Shown: piece by piece, positions 1-11,175 of the stretch
Numbering within the stretch: the first letter of the stretch is position 1
Layout: every line of letters begins with the position of its first letter
DNA from: a virus
DNA: 64,000 nucleotides
Strand: one strand, 5' to 3'
IMG/VR virus record: IMGVR_UViG_3300045988_103705
Notes under the pieces: model-generated
Told to the model about the DNA's origin: nothing
Database searches by the model: none
Seen by the model: the letters and a program-made list of their open reading frames with translations, nothing else
Made by a program: the position numbers and the translations under genes

Positions 1-33
1 CCTGCGCGAACGGAAACTCGGAGCAGAACGAGG
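1..33. repeat. 33-nt exact repeat, copy 1
   Basis: identical to 24555..24587; followed by hairpin ccctccagg...cctggaggg. Confidence 0.8.
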
Positions 34-81
34 CTAGTGGCAAAAGAAAACCCTCCAGGTTAAAAACCTGGAGGGTTAAAA

Positions 82-978
82 TTAAGGGGTAATCAGAATA
101 GAAGAATCTGTTCCTGTCATAGTAGAAGGCATCTGGCCATTCCACTGTTCATACTTAATCTTTTCAATCAACTCGGGAGTAAGAGAAGCAGCGATTTTGG
201 AGTTAGCTTCTGCTTCCGCCTGGGCAGCAATCTCAAGAGCATCAGCCTCGGCCTGCGCCTTAATCAAAGCCTGCTCAGCCTGAATTTCAGCAACTTCCTT
301 GTCTTTCTCTGCCTGTACCTTTGCAGTCTGAGCCTCAATGTTTGCAAGCTCAAGCTCCTGCTGAGCATTTACCTTCTTCTGAATAGCCTCTGCGGTTTCA
401 TTGTCGACAGAGATGTCGGTAAAGTTCACGGTATCAATAATAATACCATACTGGTCAAACTTCTCACGAAGATAGACATCCAACTCAGCATTGATCGCAG
501 TACGCTGGTCGCCAAAAATATCGGTTACGGGATAATTAGCAGTTACCTCCTGAGTCCAAGCCACAATCTTAGGCTTAATGAAGGTATCCTTAATAGTCTC
601 TCCATCTTTACCCTTGAACAAAGTAAATGTCTCTGCTACGCGCGCTTCATCAAAGCGATAAGAGAACTCAAGATTTACCTTTACGGTCTTACCATCGCTA
701 GTGGGAACATTAAAGCTCTCATCATTGGGAGAATCTCCACGGTCATCGGAGGTTAGATAAGACTGCTCAAGGCCGATAGAATAAGTTGTCACCTTCTTAG
801 TGGGAGAGACAAGATGCCAACCCTGCGTCAGAACCTCTCCATCAACACCGCCGCTCATGTTATAAACAACTCCAACATAGCCTGTCGGCACCTTCTCCAA
901 ACAAGTAATTGCGGCAATCAAACCAAAAATCAAAACCAAGGCAACAATAACGCCACCAATAATTCCGCTTTTCTTCAT
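82..978 (-). CDS. SPFH/band-7 (prohibitin/HflC-like) membrane protein
   Basis: 298 aa; N-terminal TM helix, SPFH-like core, C-terminal Ala/Glu-rich coiled coil; TAA stop. Confidence 0.65.
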   Translation of the reverse strand: MKKSGIIGGVIVALVLIFGLIAAITCLEKVPTGYVGVVYNMSGGVDGEVLTQGWHLVSPTKKVTTYSIGLEQSYLTSDDRGDSPNDESFNVPTSDGKTVKVNLEFSYRFDEARVAETFTLFKGKDGETIKDTFIKPKIVAWTQEVTANYPVTDIFGDQRTAINAELDVYLREKFDQYGIIIDTVNFTDISVDNETAEAIQKKVNAQQELELANIEAQTAKVQAEKDKEVAEIQAEQALIKAQAEADALEIAAQAEAEANSKIAASLTPELIEKIKYEQWNGQMPSTMTGTDSSILITP

Positions 979-1129
979 TATTTACTTTCCTTTCTTTCCT
1001 CAAGACCCAAACGCTTTCGGGTTCTATAATAGATTTTAATAAAGAATTTTCCAATCTTCCTAAATGTGAAATTTAGCAAGAACCATATTGCAACAAGAGC
1101 AAGTACAACTAAAATCCAGAAAATAGGAT

Positions 1130-1693
1130 TCATAGCATCTCGATACACTCCTTTACCTTCAAGTTCATATCTTCAATGACCTTATCCAAAGATACTGGAT
1201 AACAGTCATGAGAATCAACTCCTACATGATACATATAAGGTCTATCTTCAAAGAAATTAGTCTGCTGATGCGTATGACCATATAGATTAATGATCATCTG
1301 CTTGAGACTTTCTTTCTCAAGATTTCCAGTCAAAGTGGGGAAATGAGACATATAGAAGTGATATTTCCTGTACTTAAGAGCAATAGCCCAAGCAGTTTCT
1401 ACCACATTAGGAAGCTCGGCGTACATTTTCTTGCGGCTGTCCGTACAGTGGTTTCCAAAAGTAATGTGGAGTTTTCCATTCATGGAGGAAATAAACTCCT
1501 TATTTCTCTCAAGACTGTCCGCCCCACCGAGGCAAAGGTCCCCAAGAACATATACATCATCTTCTGGAGTGACAATAGAGTTATGCCTCTCGATAAGAGC
1601 AACATTCATCTCTTCAACAGAATTGAATCCACGAGATTTATAGACAAACTCACGGTCATGCGAGAAGTGCCAATCCGAGGTTACGAAAATCAT
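1130..1693 (-). CDS. calcineurin-like metallophosphoesterase (candidate polynucleotide phosphatase partner of adjacent kinase)
   Basis: motifs D-x-H, GDL, GNH, GHTH; start overlaps the upstream gene stop (ATGA). Confidence 0.6.
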   Translation of the reverse strand: MIFVTSDWHFSHDREFVYKSRGFNSVEEMNVALIERHNSIVTPEDDVYVLGDLCLGGADSLERNKEFISSMNGKLHITFGNHCTDSRKKMYAELPNVVETAWAIALKYRKYHFYMSHFPTLTGNLEKESLKQMIINLYGHTHQQTNFFEDRPYMYHVGVDSHDCYPVSLDKVIEDMNLKVKECIEML

Positions 1694-2223
1694 TTATCTC
1701 CCTCCTCCATGTTATGATGATTGATTTTTACATCCTTAAAGCCATACTTGTAGAGTTTAAATTCTGCGGGAGTGGGAGGTCTAAAACCTCTAGCCATCTT
1801 TCTAATCGCGGAATCGGGTACTTTGGAAAATCCCTTTCTCAAGTTATTGCGGGCTATACAAGTATCAATCCCGCAATCACAAACTTCAAAACTAAGTCCA
1901 GTCTTCCCGTCCGGCCGCAGCCTTCCTAACAACTTGGCTCTTGATCCTTGAGAGATATGAGTAGCATCAACAAAGATGTAGTCAATCCCAATTTCAAGGC
2001 ACTCGTTAATTTGTCGAACGAACTCTTCAAATACTTCATTTTCTCGCGAGAAATAATCCTTATCTCCAATGAAACTTTCTCTTATCACATCGCGAGAAAT
2101 AATAGCAGTATGAAAGCCATCCATTTCAAGAAGTTCGGCTTCTTTATTAGCCCAAGTTGACTTCCCACTACCAGGGATACCAACCATGACTTTTACTTCA
2201 ATAGTCATACTGCTTTCCTCCAT
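1690..2223 (-). CDS. P-loop polynucleotide kinase-like protein
   Basis: Walker A GIPGSGKST near the N-terminus as in the T4 Pnk kinase domain; translationally coupled to the phosphoesterase. Confidence 0.6.
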   Translation of the reverse strand: MEESSMTIEVKVMVGIPGSGKSTWANKEAELLEMDGFHTAIISRDVIRESFIGDKDYFSRENEVFEEFVRQINECLEIGIDYIFVDATHISQGSRAKLLGRLRPDGKTGLSFEVCDCGIDTCIARNNLRKGFSKVPDSAIRKMARGFRPPTPAEFKLYKYGFKDVKINHHNMEEGDK

Positions 2224-2286
2224 TCCTCAACTTTCTATATATATTATATTATATTTTTATAATAATTTCAAAAGATTCTATGCGTC

Positions 2287-3153
2287 TCAAAATTCGACTG
2301 GTTGAATGAGGTCTTCGATATAAAGTCTATCTTCTTCCTTAAAAATAGGAATATTGAGATCGACGAACCAATAATGTTTAAAATGGATTGAACCATCCTC
2401 TCTTTCGGTCTCTTCGCAGTCTTTTATGCAACAAGAACCTCTTTGTAAATAGACGGGCAATTCATTCCAATCTATTCCTTTTTGAGAAATAAGCATTTCT
2501 AAAATTTCACTACTACATTTACCTTGAAGTTCACTATGAGAAAAATTCGCTTGTCCAACCATTTGAATAGAATTTCTAATAGCATCTAATTGGCGCCAAT
2601 AAATTAGATTTGTTACTTCTTCTTTCGGAATATTGAAAACACGAGCATCAAACATAGCCCCTCTTGCGTTTGCTATCCGTAAAGTTCTCATATATTCTTG
2701 ATGCTCAAGTTGAATTTCTACGCCCTGAGGAGTTAAAGAATTTTTCCAACCAATATCATATCTTTCAATAGCTGAACGAAACACCTTATTAAAAATCATT
2801 GTTGCCATGGACGCTGCTACAGAACACATTTTTTGAACTTCATAATCAAACCATGCGTCGCTATTTAATTTTTTATAGTCAACAAGAATTAGAGTTATTT
2901 CATCGCTTTGAGTATATCCAAGAACACATCCTTGGATATTTTTACATAAATATTTCATTGTTTCTTGCATAGCCGAAGTCAATACCGCATCAAATGGTTT
3001 TCTAAAACCTTTAGTAAAGGTATGAAATGCTTTTCCATCAATTCTAATTGCTACAGGTGTTCTACGCACAAGTCGAGTTTTTGGAATTTGCTCATAGAAC
3101 TCTTTCATGCGAGCGCCTAGCTGGTCATTCATATTATTCATCCTCCTTATCAA
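2287..3153 (-). CDS. Thg1-like protein (tRNA-His guanylyltransferase family 3'-5' nucleotidyltransferase)
   Basis: N-terminal RIDGKAFHTFTKG and GYTQSDEITLIL resemble the Thg1 VRLDGRNFHRF and AYGQSDEYSFVF motifs. Confidence 0.6.
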   Translation of the reverse strand: MIRRMNNMNDQLGARMKEFYEQIPKTRLVRRTPVAIRIDGKAFHTFTKGFRKPFDAVLTSAMQETMKYLCKNIQGCVLGYTQSDEITLILVDYKKLNSDAWFDYEVQKMCSVAASMATMIFNKVFRSAIERYDIGWKNSLTPQGVEIQLEHQEYMRTLRIANARGAMFDARVFNIPKEEVTNLIYWRQLDAIRNSIQMVGQANFSHSELQGKCSSEILEMLISQKGIDWNELPVYLQRGSCCIKDCEETEREDGSIHFKHYWFVDLNIPIFKEEDRLYIEDLIQPVEF

Positions 3154-3865
3154 CAGTAAAGATGCGTTCGTCGAAAGTATCCAAATTTAGAAGAACAGTT
3201 TTTCCAGACATATAACTGCAACAGTCAATATCAACTTTATGATTATCACAATACCATAAAGCTCCACCATTATATGAGTAAGAGAATTGTCTATCTGGCG
3301 GTAGAAAATTATTCGCATTATCTAATCTTAGAATTAAGTATTCTGAAATTGGAGTATGGCCATGAACGCAAATTCCTTCACCTTCGGTAGTATCATAGAT
3401 ATGCTCTCTATCCCATAGCAAATCCTCGTTTGCTGGGAATGGTTCTTTTGCAGGAGTAAAACCCGCATGACAAAGCATAATGGTTATTCCATTTTTATTC
3501 TTATATTCAAGATATAGGGGCAATTTTCTTAGATAGTGATACCATCCAGACTTAGCTCCATCATTAATCCATCCATTAAAAGTAGAAGCTCCTCCATTCC
3601 AACAGAGAAGATCAAAATGACCTCCTCCATATGTTTCATATTTAATATAATCTTTCATAGCTTTAACAAGCATATCTTCGTGATTACCTTTAATATAGAT
3701 AAAACGCGGATCCGACGCGACCGCTTTAATAGTTTCCCAAGACCGCGGACCTCGATCGCCGCAATCTCCTAGACAATAAACTTTATCTTCTGGCTTTAGA
3801 AAGTCACTAATTTTTTGATATAGCTCATACATACCATGAAGATCGCTAACTGCGTATATGCTCAT
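3134..3865 (-). CDS. Ser/Thr protein phosphatase (lambda-PPase/ApaH-like metallophosphatase)
   Basis: DLHG, GDxxDRG, GNHE motifs; AAGGGAG Shine-Dalgarno. Confidence 0.65.
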   Translation of the reverse strand: MSIYAVSDLHGMYELYQKISDFLKPEDKVYCLGDCGDRGPRSWETIKAVASDPRFIYIKGNHEDMLVKAMKDYIKYETYGGGHFDLLCWNGGASTFNGWINDGAKSGWYHYLRKLPLYLEYKNKNGITIMLCHAGFTPAKEPFPANEDLLWDREHIYDTTEGEGICVHGHTPISEYLILRLDNANNFLPPDRQFSYSYNGGALWYCDNHKVDIDCCSYMSGKTVLLNLDTFDERIFTVDKEDE

Positions 3866-3923
3866 AAATAAAACTCCCTTTCTTATATTATATAAATATT
3901 ATATCATAAATATTATAAAAAAT

Positions 3924-3950
3924 AAAGAGAGCTGTAAAGCTCTCTTTAAG
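3924..3950 (-). terminator. hairpin terminator (representative copy)
   Basis: aaagagagctgtaaagctctcttt; similar agagggc-N4-6-gccctct hairpins recur after most genes in both modules. Confidence 0.55.
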
Positions 3951-4671
3951 AAAAGAATGGACAAGTTGGCATAGGGGAAATCTTATGTAAATTTCTCTTA
4001 TGTCTTTGTTCAATGTTTTTATATATCTCATATGGAGGAGTAATACCATTAAGTAGGAAATTATCTAGGACATCATAAGAAAATCCTAAATTTTCCTCAT
4101 CTGTTAAACCGCTTAATCCATCCTCTGGAGGCTTTTCAATGAAGTTCTTTGGCAATCCAAGCTCAATACCAATTTCTTTAACTTCCGTGGCAGTATAATT
4201 AGAGAGAATAGAAAAATCTCCTGCTGCATCTCCAAATTTAGTAGAATAGCCTACATAGTCTTCACTTCTATTGCAAGTATTCACAACTCTTCCATGACGG
4301 CTCGCGGCGATTGCATAAAGGATATTCATTCTTACTCTTGCTGGAACATTACTTGTAACTTGCGGCTGAATTCTAATATCATTGGGTAAAGACAAGAAAA
4401 TCTCCTGACAAGCTGAACCAATATTGATGTTGTAATGCTCTGTAATTTCGAGGTAATCAATTACCTCATTAGAAACATCAATATCATATTGGAATCCCTG
4501 TGGCATTTGTACGGCAATTACTCGATTCGGGCCAAGAGCCTTACAAAGAAGAGCCGCAGCCACTGTAGAATCTTTGCCGCCAGAAATCCCGATAACAGCT
4601 TTACACTCCGGCCCGTTTTTTATGAAATACTCTTTAATCCAATCTATAATTTTAGTAACCGTATTAGTCAT
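3946..4671 (-). CDS. nadE: NH3-dependent NAD+ synthetase
   Basis: PP-loop GISGGKDS; length 241 aa. Confidence 0.75.
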   Translation of the reverse strand: MTNTVTKIIDWIKEYFIKNGPECKAVIGISGGKDSTVAAALLCKALGPNRVIAVQMPQGFQYDIDVSNEVIDYLEITEHYNINIGSACQEIFLSLPNDIRIQPQVTSNVPARVRMNILYAIAASRHGRVVNTCNRSEDYVGYSTKFGDAAGDFSILSNYTATEVKEIGIELGLPKNFIEKPPEDGLSGLTDEENLGFSYDVLDNFLLNGITPPYEIYKNIEQRHKRNLHKISPMPTCPFFS

Positions 4672-6249
4672 AGAACTTCTCCCATCAATCTCTCTTTAAT
4701 AGTTTCGATAGTCTCTACGCTCTCCGTACAGAAACTTCCATTCTTGACTTTAAATTTCATTACATTGTTCTTATATCCAATGGATTCTTCAAGAGTAAGA
4801 TTTTCTACTAAAGAATAATCGCCATTCTCCTCTTTAAAAATTGCAACACATCCACGAGGAGACTTTTTCCCAGGGTCGGTTTTAGGCATTTTATAAATCT
4901 GAATTTCATCATTGCCGAGGATACAATCTGTAGCTTTAATAGCATAGCCTCTAGTATCACGAGTTACATACTGATAAGTATAAGCTCCAATTCCAAAACA
5001 TAGATTGGATACTGAGATATTATTTCTAAACGCACCAAGAGCAAACTTTTTCAGTAATCTCTGGAGTAATGGCATCTCCATAAATCATACGAATATAAGA
5101 AGGAAGAATAAAATATCCTTTAGTATTCAATTCACCGCCAAAGATTTCTTTTAGAAGATTTAAAGTTCCTATAAACTCAGGAGAACCGGGTACAGCATCT
5201 GGGTCGCCGCAGATAATCTTTACAGGATCTCCGCTATCAGGTCGAACGGAGAAACATCCATCTCTTGCTGCAATAACATCGTGCAACATAGGAAGAACCT
5301 TAGATACAATACCCCAATAATCATATGTATCAGATACATAGGTCATAGTTCCTGTAGGTTGCACTTCTGTGCAAAGATAATTAATAAAAAGCATTTCTGC
5401 AATAAGGTTAATATCCCAATTATCAAAAGCGGCCTTAGAGAAAAGATAACGCTCAGTTTCAGTTAAATCTCCATTAGTAATCTTCTGCTTCATCCAAGCT
5501 ACACCTTGTTCAACAACAGAGTGCTCAAGAGAAGGAGTTCCCATCATGGGAGGATTATTCTCAAGATCTGCTCCATAGTATTTTTCAAGGAGAAGGTTAG
5601 AACCAATGGTTGCAGTTCTATCAAAAGAAAGAGCATGGGCAGCACCTGAGATATAACCCGCTTCAAGGCTTGTATGCCCGCGCAGAGAAAAGTCTCCGCA
5701 CATATGCGAAAGAGCAGACATATCGTCGCAACTAGTCTTGACATAAGGCTCAATTAACTTGCGGCGATAAAAAGCGGTAGTGGCAGAAGTCGAGGGGAGC
5801 CAGTTATTAGCGCTCCACTGATCTTCGATAAATTGCGGAAGCCATGCAAAATCTTGATGATTAGAAAAAATTACATGGTCTGGAATTCCGACAGGAAGAA
5901 GGGTGCCCTCTGGAACCCCCATAATAGAAATGGGTAGATAGCCAAGTTCATGCAGTTTCTTAAATTTGGTGAAATCTGCATAGTCGGGATGAAAAGTGTT
6001 CTTGATTACATGATTCCATTCTTGCTCAAGAAGTTCAATCGGTTGGTCAAAGAATTTTGTCTGCCAGAATTCAAGCAATTTTTGGATAGTATATTGATGA
6101 CCAAAGACTACGGTTTTAGGGCAATTTGGATGATGTTTATAGCTACGAGCTGTCCAAGTAGAATAAACCATAGAGGCAGACTTCGGTTGCATCTTAATGG
6201 CATGACCAATTTTGTAGTAGTCAGCTGCAAACATAGGAAAGAAACTCAT
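4668..6249 (-). CDS. nicotinamide phosphoribosyltransferase family protein (NadV/NAMPT-like), interrupted by a frameshift
   Basis: N-terminus MSFFPMFAADYYKIGH resembles NAMPT; the C-terminal 137-aa ORF (4668..5081) overlaps the main ORF (5026..6249) in another frame around a T5/A5 run at 5047-5051. Confidence 0.6.
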
Positions 6250-6330
6250 AAAATCTTCCTTTCTTTATTTCTAAATATATTATATCATATATTTTTATAA
6301 AAATAAAAGCCCTCTTTATAAGGGCTTTTA

Positions 6331-6597
6331 TCAACTTTGAAGCAAGCTAAGTAGTGCTTCAATTCCAACATACTCTGGAGCGATGATACAAGTAATAATT
6401 GGAATAAAAATTGTTATAATAATTGCAAGTATTGCTATCGTTACAAACATAGCTGAGTGCCATTTCTTATAATCTACATCAAACATTATATAAAATATAA
6501 AAAATAATCCACCAACAAGAGCAATACCAATAAGTCCTCCCATAAAGATAGTTAATCCTAAATCTTTAATAGTTACATACCAACCATATGGGAGCAT
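6331..6597 (-). CDS. small integral membrane protein
   Basis: 88 aa, two to three hydrophobic helices. Confidence 0.4.
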   Translation of the reverse strand: MLPYGWYVTIKDLGLTIFMGGLIGIALVGGLFFIFYIMFDVDYKKWHSAMFVTIAILAIIITIFIPIITCIIAPEYVGIEALLSLLQS

Positions 6598-6681
6598 TTT
6601 CCATAATAGTTTGAGTTGTTACTCCAAAAAAATCTGCGAGCGACTGGAGAATAGATGCGAGAGTCTGCTCTAAAGATAGAT

Positions 6682-7131
6682 TCACTTTAATAACCCTCCA
6701 ACAACAGCACTTACAATCTTCATATCTGCCTTACCTTTAAGCTCCATAGAAATAGACTTCATAAGCGCACCACGATTTGTTTTGAGGAGATCAATACCTG
6801 CGGTTCCCGCGATCTCTCTTACTTTTGTTTCAATTTCTGCCTTATCAGTAATAAGCTGAGGGGCACACATCTTTACTACCTTCATATCCTCTTGATATTG
6901 ATGCAGTTTTTCAGGATAACTAGCAGGACAGGTATCAATCATTTCTTGTACTGTCTTTTGATATTTGATAAGGGTTTCGTCAACTAGTTGTTCAGTTAAT
7001 TCAACTCTTCCTTTTGGAGTAATGGCTGCTTTCTGACACGCATCAATCATGTCAGAAAGTACCCTCTTTGTATTTGTATTTCCATTTTTAAGAGCCATAA
7101 TCTTTAACTCTTGAAGTTTCTCAATAGTCAT
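6682..7131 (-). CDS. GatB/YqeY-domain protein
   Basis: 149 aa helical protein with a YqeY-like pattern; overlaps the next gene by 4 nt. Confidence 0.45.
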   Translation of the reverse strand: MTIEKLQELKIMALKNGNTNTKRVLSDMIDACQKAAITPKGRVELTEQLVDETLIKYQKTVQEMIDTCPASYPEKLHQYQEDMKVVKMCAPQLITDKAEIETKVREIAGTAGIDLLKTNRGALMKSISMELKGKADMKIVSAVVGGLLK

Positions 7132-7961
7132 CTTACAATCTCTACCTTTCCTCTAATATCCCACTCTGTCTTGAAGATGCTATCAGAAGTGAAGATTTTC
7201 TTCACAATATCTTGATTATACATATCGCCCTCAATCATGGTATGCTCTGCATGAGTTACATACAGATAAATATTCTTTGCGCCAGCTTCTTTAAGGGCGT
7301 TTGCTGCGTGATAAAAAGTTCCACCGCGAGAACAAATATCGTCTACAATTAAGACATTTCTCTCTTTAACGATTTCCTCATTTATTAACTGCAAACCAAG
7401 AATTTTTCCAGTAGACCAATCCCTTTTCTTAATTCCAAAAGCGTAAGGAAAATTAATGGGTGGAGCAGAATATCTCTTCATCGCTCCTTCATCTGGGAAA
7501 AATAGGATAGGAATTTCTCCTTCATATTCCTCAGTTCTCTTAATAGCCTCTTTGATTTCTCCAACTGGACTAAGATCAATAACTCTATCAAGTAGAGCTA
7601 ACGATACATTAGAATGAGCATCGCGTACAATAACTTTATCAAAATGAAGGCTATTAATTACTTGACAGAAGTATTTTAGAGTAAATACATCTTCAAGTTC
7701 TTGAACCCGATCCATCCTCGCATGAGGAATATATGGCATATCTAGGTTTACAGGGAAATCTTCGAAATGTCCCTTAACACAAATGAGAGTAAATAATTCT
7801 GCATCATTCTCGTACTCCCAAACAATCGTATCATAATCGAAGTAGTTGGGAGGCATGTTAATGTGCAGCGTACCATCTGGAAAATGATTTTGTTCAATTA
7901 CGTCTGTCCAATGACTGCGTGTATTAATTAGACTAATCATTTTTTTAATCCTCCACATCAA
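7128..7961 (-). CDS. phosphoribosyltransferase / ribose-phosphate pyrophosphokinase (Prs)-like protein
   Basis: PRTase motif VLIVDDICSRGGTF in the C-terminal domain; two-domain, 277 aa. Confidence 0.55.
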   Translation of the reverse strand: MMWRIKKMISLINTRSHWTDVIEQNHFPDGTLHINMPPNYFDYDTIVWEYENDAELFTLICVKGHFEDFPVNLDMPYIPHARMDRVQELEDVFTLKYFCQVINSLHFDKVIVRDAHSNVSLALLDRVIDLSPVGEIKEAIKRTEEYEGEIPILFFPDEGAMKRYSAPPINFPYAFGIKKRDWSTGKILGLQLINEEIVKERNVLIVDDICSRGGTFYHAANALKEAGAKNIYLYVTHAEHTMIEGDMYNQDIVKKIFTSDSIFKTEWDIRGKVEIVR

Positions 7962-8517
7962 TCTGCTGGGCTTTGAAAATAGTTAGCGCTGCTTCATGCG
8001 ATTCTGGAGTTACTCCTGCACACGCGCTAGAATGGACGATAATTCTAGTATTTGGCATCGCCGCACGAAGCATAACTGCATTAGCCATAACGCAAATATC
8101 GGTACAAAATCCACAGATATGAATTTCTACTTCCTCTGGATTCTTCATTTTTAGAGAATCGTATACTTCATTGACCATATCAGTACTGCCGAAGGTATCT
8201 TTTTCATAATAGTTAAATTTGTTATTCAACGCAACCATAATTCTGGAATCCATACACCAGCCCACACTTGCTTTGATACAATGTTTAATGGGAAGTCTTT
8301 TTCCTTCCAAAGTATCAAAGTAATCATTATCATGGGTATCCATGGTACAAATAACTTCCTCCCAACAGAATCGTTTAATTAGATTAACGATATTAGGAAC
8401 CGCGGCATCCGCTGTCTTAGATCCCAAAGAACCAGTAATAAAATCATTCTGCGCATCTACAATCACAAGAAGTCTATACATATCATAATTCCTTTCTTTT
8501 ATATAAATATTATACAA
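7945..8517 (-). CDS. isochorismatase-family hydrolase (nicotinamidase PncA-like)
   Basis: LLVIVDAQNDF N-terminal cysteine-hydrolase motif; catalytic Cys region ICGFCTDICV. Confidence 0.6.
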   Translation of the reverse strand: MYNIYIKERNYDMYRLLVIVDAQNDFITGSLGSKTADAAVPNIVNLIKRFCWEEVICTMDTHDNDYFDTLEGKRLPIKHCIKASVGWCMDSRIMVALNNKFNYYEKDTFGSTDMVNEVYDSLKMKNPEEVEIHICGFCTDICVMANAVMLRAAMPNTRIIVHSSACAGVTPESHEAALTIFKAQQIDVED

Positions 8518-8728
8518 TATTTTATTATAAAATTAAAGGAGAGAATATACTCTCCTTTAATTTAAAGTTTAATTGGTTATAGAATTGCGTTTATTAGTAC
8601 ACAAAGAAATGTAGCTCCAATGCCAGTATAATACCCAAGATAAAACTCTTCATCAACTGGGCCAAAAATAGTTTGAACCGTATAATAAACAAAGAGCATA
8701 CCTACCGCTCCCAAAATAATTCCTAACA

Positions 8729-10000
8729 TTAGATCTCTTCCTCCTGAGCCTCTTCCATGTCAGGTACATTCTCACTTTCTTTAATAATTCCCTCGATGAC
8801 TTTAAACTCATAAGTCTTAGACTTAAAAGCTGTGAAAGCACGACGATTTACAATTCGGACAACGACGCCCTCTTTTACATGGGTGCGGCCGATCGGATCA
8901 GTGAGATCTTCGAAGTATTTGTTAATGCGCTCCTGCAAATCCTCTATGGTAGTAAATTCAAAATCCTCAATCACAGGAACTCGATTAAAGCCATGAGCAT
9001 TACACCATTCAGTAATCTCGTCAGGAGTCCACTCTCTTTCTCCATTTTCAGAGGTAATACGATAAATATACATCTTGCTCTGACCAGGCTCACATCCATA
9101 AGAGAAAATAGAACGCTTACCAAACTGCTTTACAAAAGTCTTATCATTGACTTTGGTATTATCTCCGATAGGCATAATGGTGTTCTCTTCATTAGGGCCG
9201 TAATAACCCACTACTTCGTAGAAAACTTCCATTCCGGGCTCAAGATAAGGTTTCAATGCTTCATGATGTGGCATACGAAACTGGTCATTTCCATAAAATC
9301 CCTGAGAGTTCTCTGTGACTACACAACGACGAGTTCCAAGAACATAAGCCTGCTTAGTGCGCTTTTTCATATGGAAGAGGCGACGGAAGAAACCATTAGG
9401 AAGCTAAGCATAAGTATTCATAGAGCGCTGAGAAGTTCCGTGCATTTTAAGGGTCATATTGAGAATATCTCCGGAGCGGAACTTATCAAGATTATATGCC
9501 AATTGTTCAGTATCAGTATGCATAGAGAACTCAGGATATGTAATTCCCTCAGCCTTACGACCTTTATAAGAAGTCTTAACCTGACCAGTGGGAGTCTTGC
9601 GCTTAGGAATGTATTTACGGCAAAATTCTTTGTCGTTGATAGTGTTTACCTTATCTCCATCTTTCCAGTTCTGATTTCCGAATTTTTCATAAACTTTATC
9701 AAGAGCAATTACAACACCAGAATTCTGATTGCCGCGAAGCTTAATAGCCCTGATATGTCCATTATTTTCGATGTAGCCACCCTGAGGAGTTCCATCCTCG
9801 TTCTTGCGGAAGAGGCAAAATTCATTCCCGAACCATCTCTCAATCTCGCCATCAGTAGGAAGATAAAGAACCAACTGACCGGTTTGCATATCAGGGCCGA
9901 CAATTACGCCCTCATTGAAACAATCTGCAAGATAAAGGCGGTCACTATTCTCGTCCTTCCGCACATTCTGCAACTTAGTTACAAGACCAAAATATGCCAT
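8729..10000 (-). CDS. ATP-dependent RNA ligase with an in-frame TAG
   Basis: motif I KMHGTS (KxHG), motif V KEGVVVRI; the two track ORFs (9404..10000 and 8729..9370) are in the same frame and joined by TAG at 9404-9406. Confidence 0.55.
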
Positions 10001-10019
10001 TCTATATCATTCTCCTTTC

Positions 10020-10358
10020 TTACCATTTATCATATCTATCATGATCAGGGTCTTCTTCAATAGTAGTCACCAAATAGGAAAGCCAACCTTCAATTTCCTC
10101 TTGATACATACCAGAAATTTCATCTTCATCTTCTTGGGTCAGTTCATCCTCAGCCAGTCCATTTTCTTCACAATACTGCTCTCGAATGTCTTCATCAGAC
10201 AAAATCCCATGCAGTCCCTCATAAGATTGGTACTCTTCAATCGCTAGCTCTCGAGCAGCTTCCTCGGCGTCTTCTCTGGAGTCATAATCTTCTGTGCAAT
10301 GATATTGATACCCATCAAATCCTCCGCTCAGGCCTGCGTATAAATTATATTTAGCCAT
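10020..10358 (-). CDS. acidic hypothetical protein
   Basis: 112 aa, highly acidic. Confidence 0.4.
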   Translation of the reverse strand: MAKYNLYAGLSGGFDGYQYHCTEDYDSREDAEEAARELAIEEYQSYEGLHGILSDEDIREQYCEENGLAEDELTQEDEDEISGMYQEEIEGWLSYLVTTIEEDPDHDRYDKW

Positions 10359-11175
10359 TTACTCTCCTCCAACCCATTCCATAGTAGTGGTTACCACCCT
10401 TGATAGCTTTCTCGATGTTTTTTATCGTATTTTCAAGATTGAAATGCTCATAGGTGTCAGACTCGCATTTATTCTCTTTAAGCCACAGTGCAGCAGCTTC
10501 AACACTAGTAAAAGTATTTGTAGCTCGCTTTTTAGAATTAACAATGCAAATAGTTCCAGCAGGATAACCAGCCTTATTCCATTTAGGAGTAAAAACACTT
10601 TCTTTATTAGTTGCTTTCCTCTTCCAATCAGCAAACATTTTATCAAGTGTCTCTCTTGATGTGTTACTCATAAAATCATATACTTCCTTTAATAGAACTG
10701 CATCATCTAAGGAGTTGTGATTTTGTTCAGCAGAAGAATTAAATCTTCTGAGGGTATTCAAAAGACTGTGATTACATTCCCATTTCAGCTCTTTTTTGCA
10801 CATCTTGGCATAATCTCGATAATTGCCACAAATATATCCCAACGCCATTTTTGCTTTAAGCGCAGTTGCATGACGAGAAGTATGTCGAATAAAATCTCCA
10901 TCAGAATTTCCCCATACAAGAAATTCTGGTGCATCATCTAGATTTTCAAACAACCAATCATAGAACTTAGAGAATACGGCATCGGCAGACATAGCACTAT
11001 CAATCATCTCTGCTGTGATACCAGTAAGATTAGTAATGAAAGGAGTAATTTTACCTTTCTTTGGGGCTACGAGTGCATAAAAAGTCTGACCATCCTCTCT
11101 AATACATCCGATAGAAATAATTTCTTGCGAAAATTGTGTAGCCTCAAAGTCGATAAAATATTTCATTACTAACAA
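10351..11175 (-). CDS. DEDDh 3'-5' exonuclease (DnaQ/RNase T-like)
   Basis: FIDFEATQF exo I motif; H-x4-D near the C-terminus of the exonuclease domain. Confidence 0.55.
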   Translation of the reverse strand: MLVMKYFIDFEATQFSQEIISIGCIREDGQTFYALVAPKKGKITPFITNLTGITAEMIDSAMSADAVFSKFYDWLFENLDDAPEFLVWGNSDGDFIRHTSRHATALKAKMALGYICGNYRDYAKMCKKELKWECNHSLLNTLRRFNSSAEQNHNSLDDAVLLKEVYDFMSNTSRETLDKMFADWKRKATNKESVFTPKWNKAGYPAGTICIVNSKKRATNTFTSVEAAALWLKENKCESDTYEHFNLENTIKNIEKAIKGGNHYYGMGWRRVNG

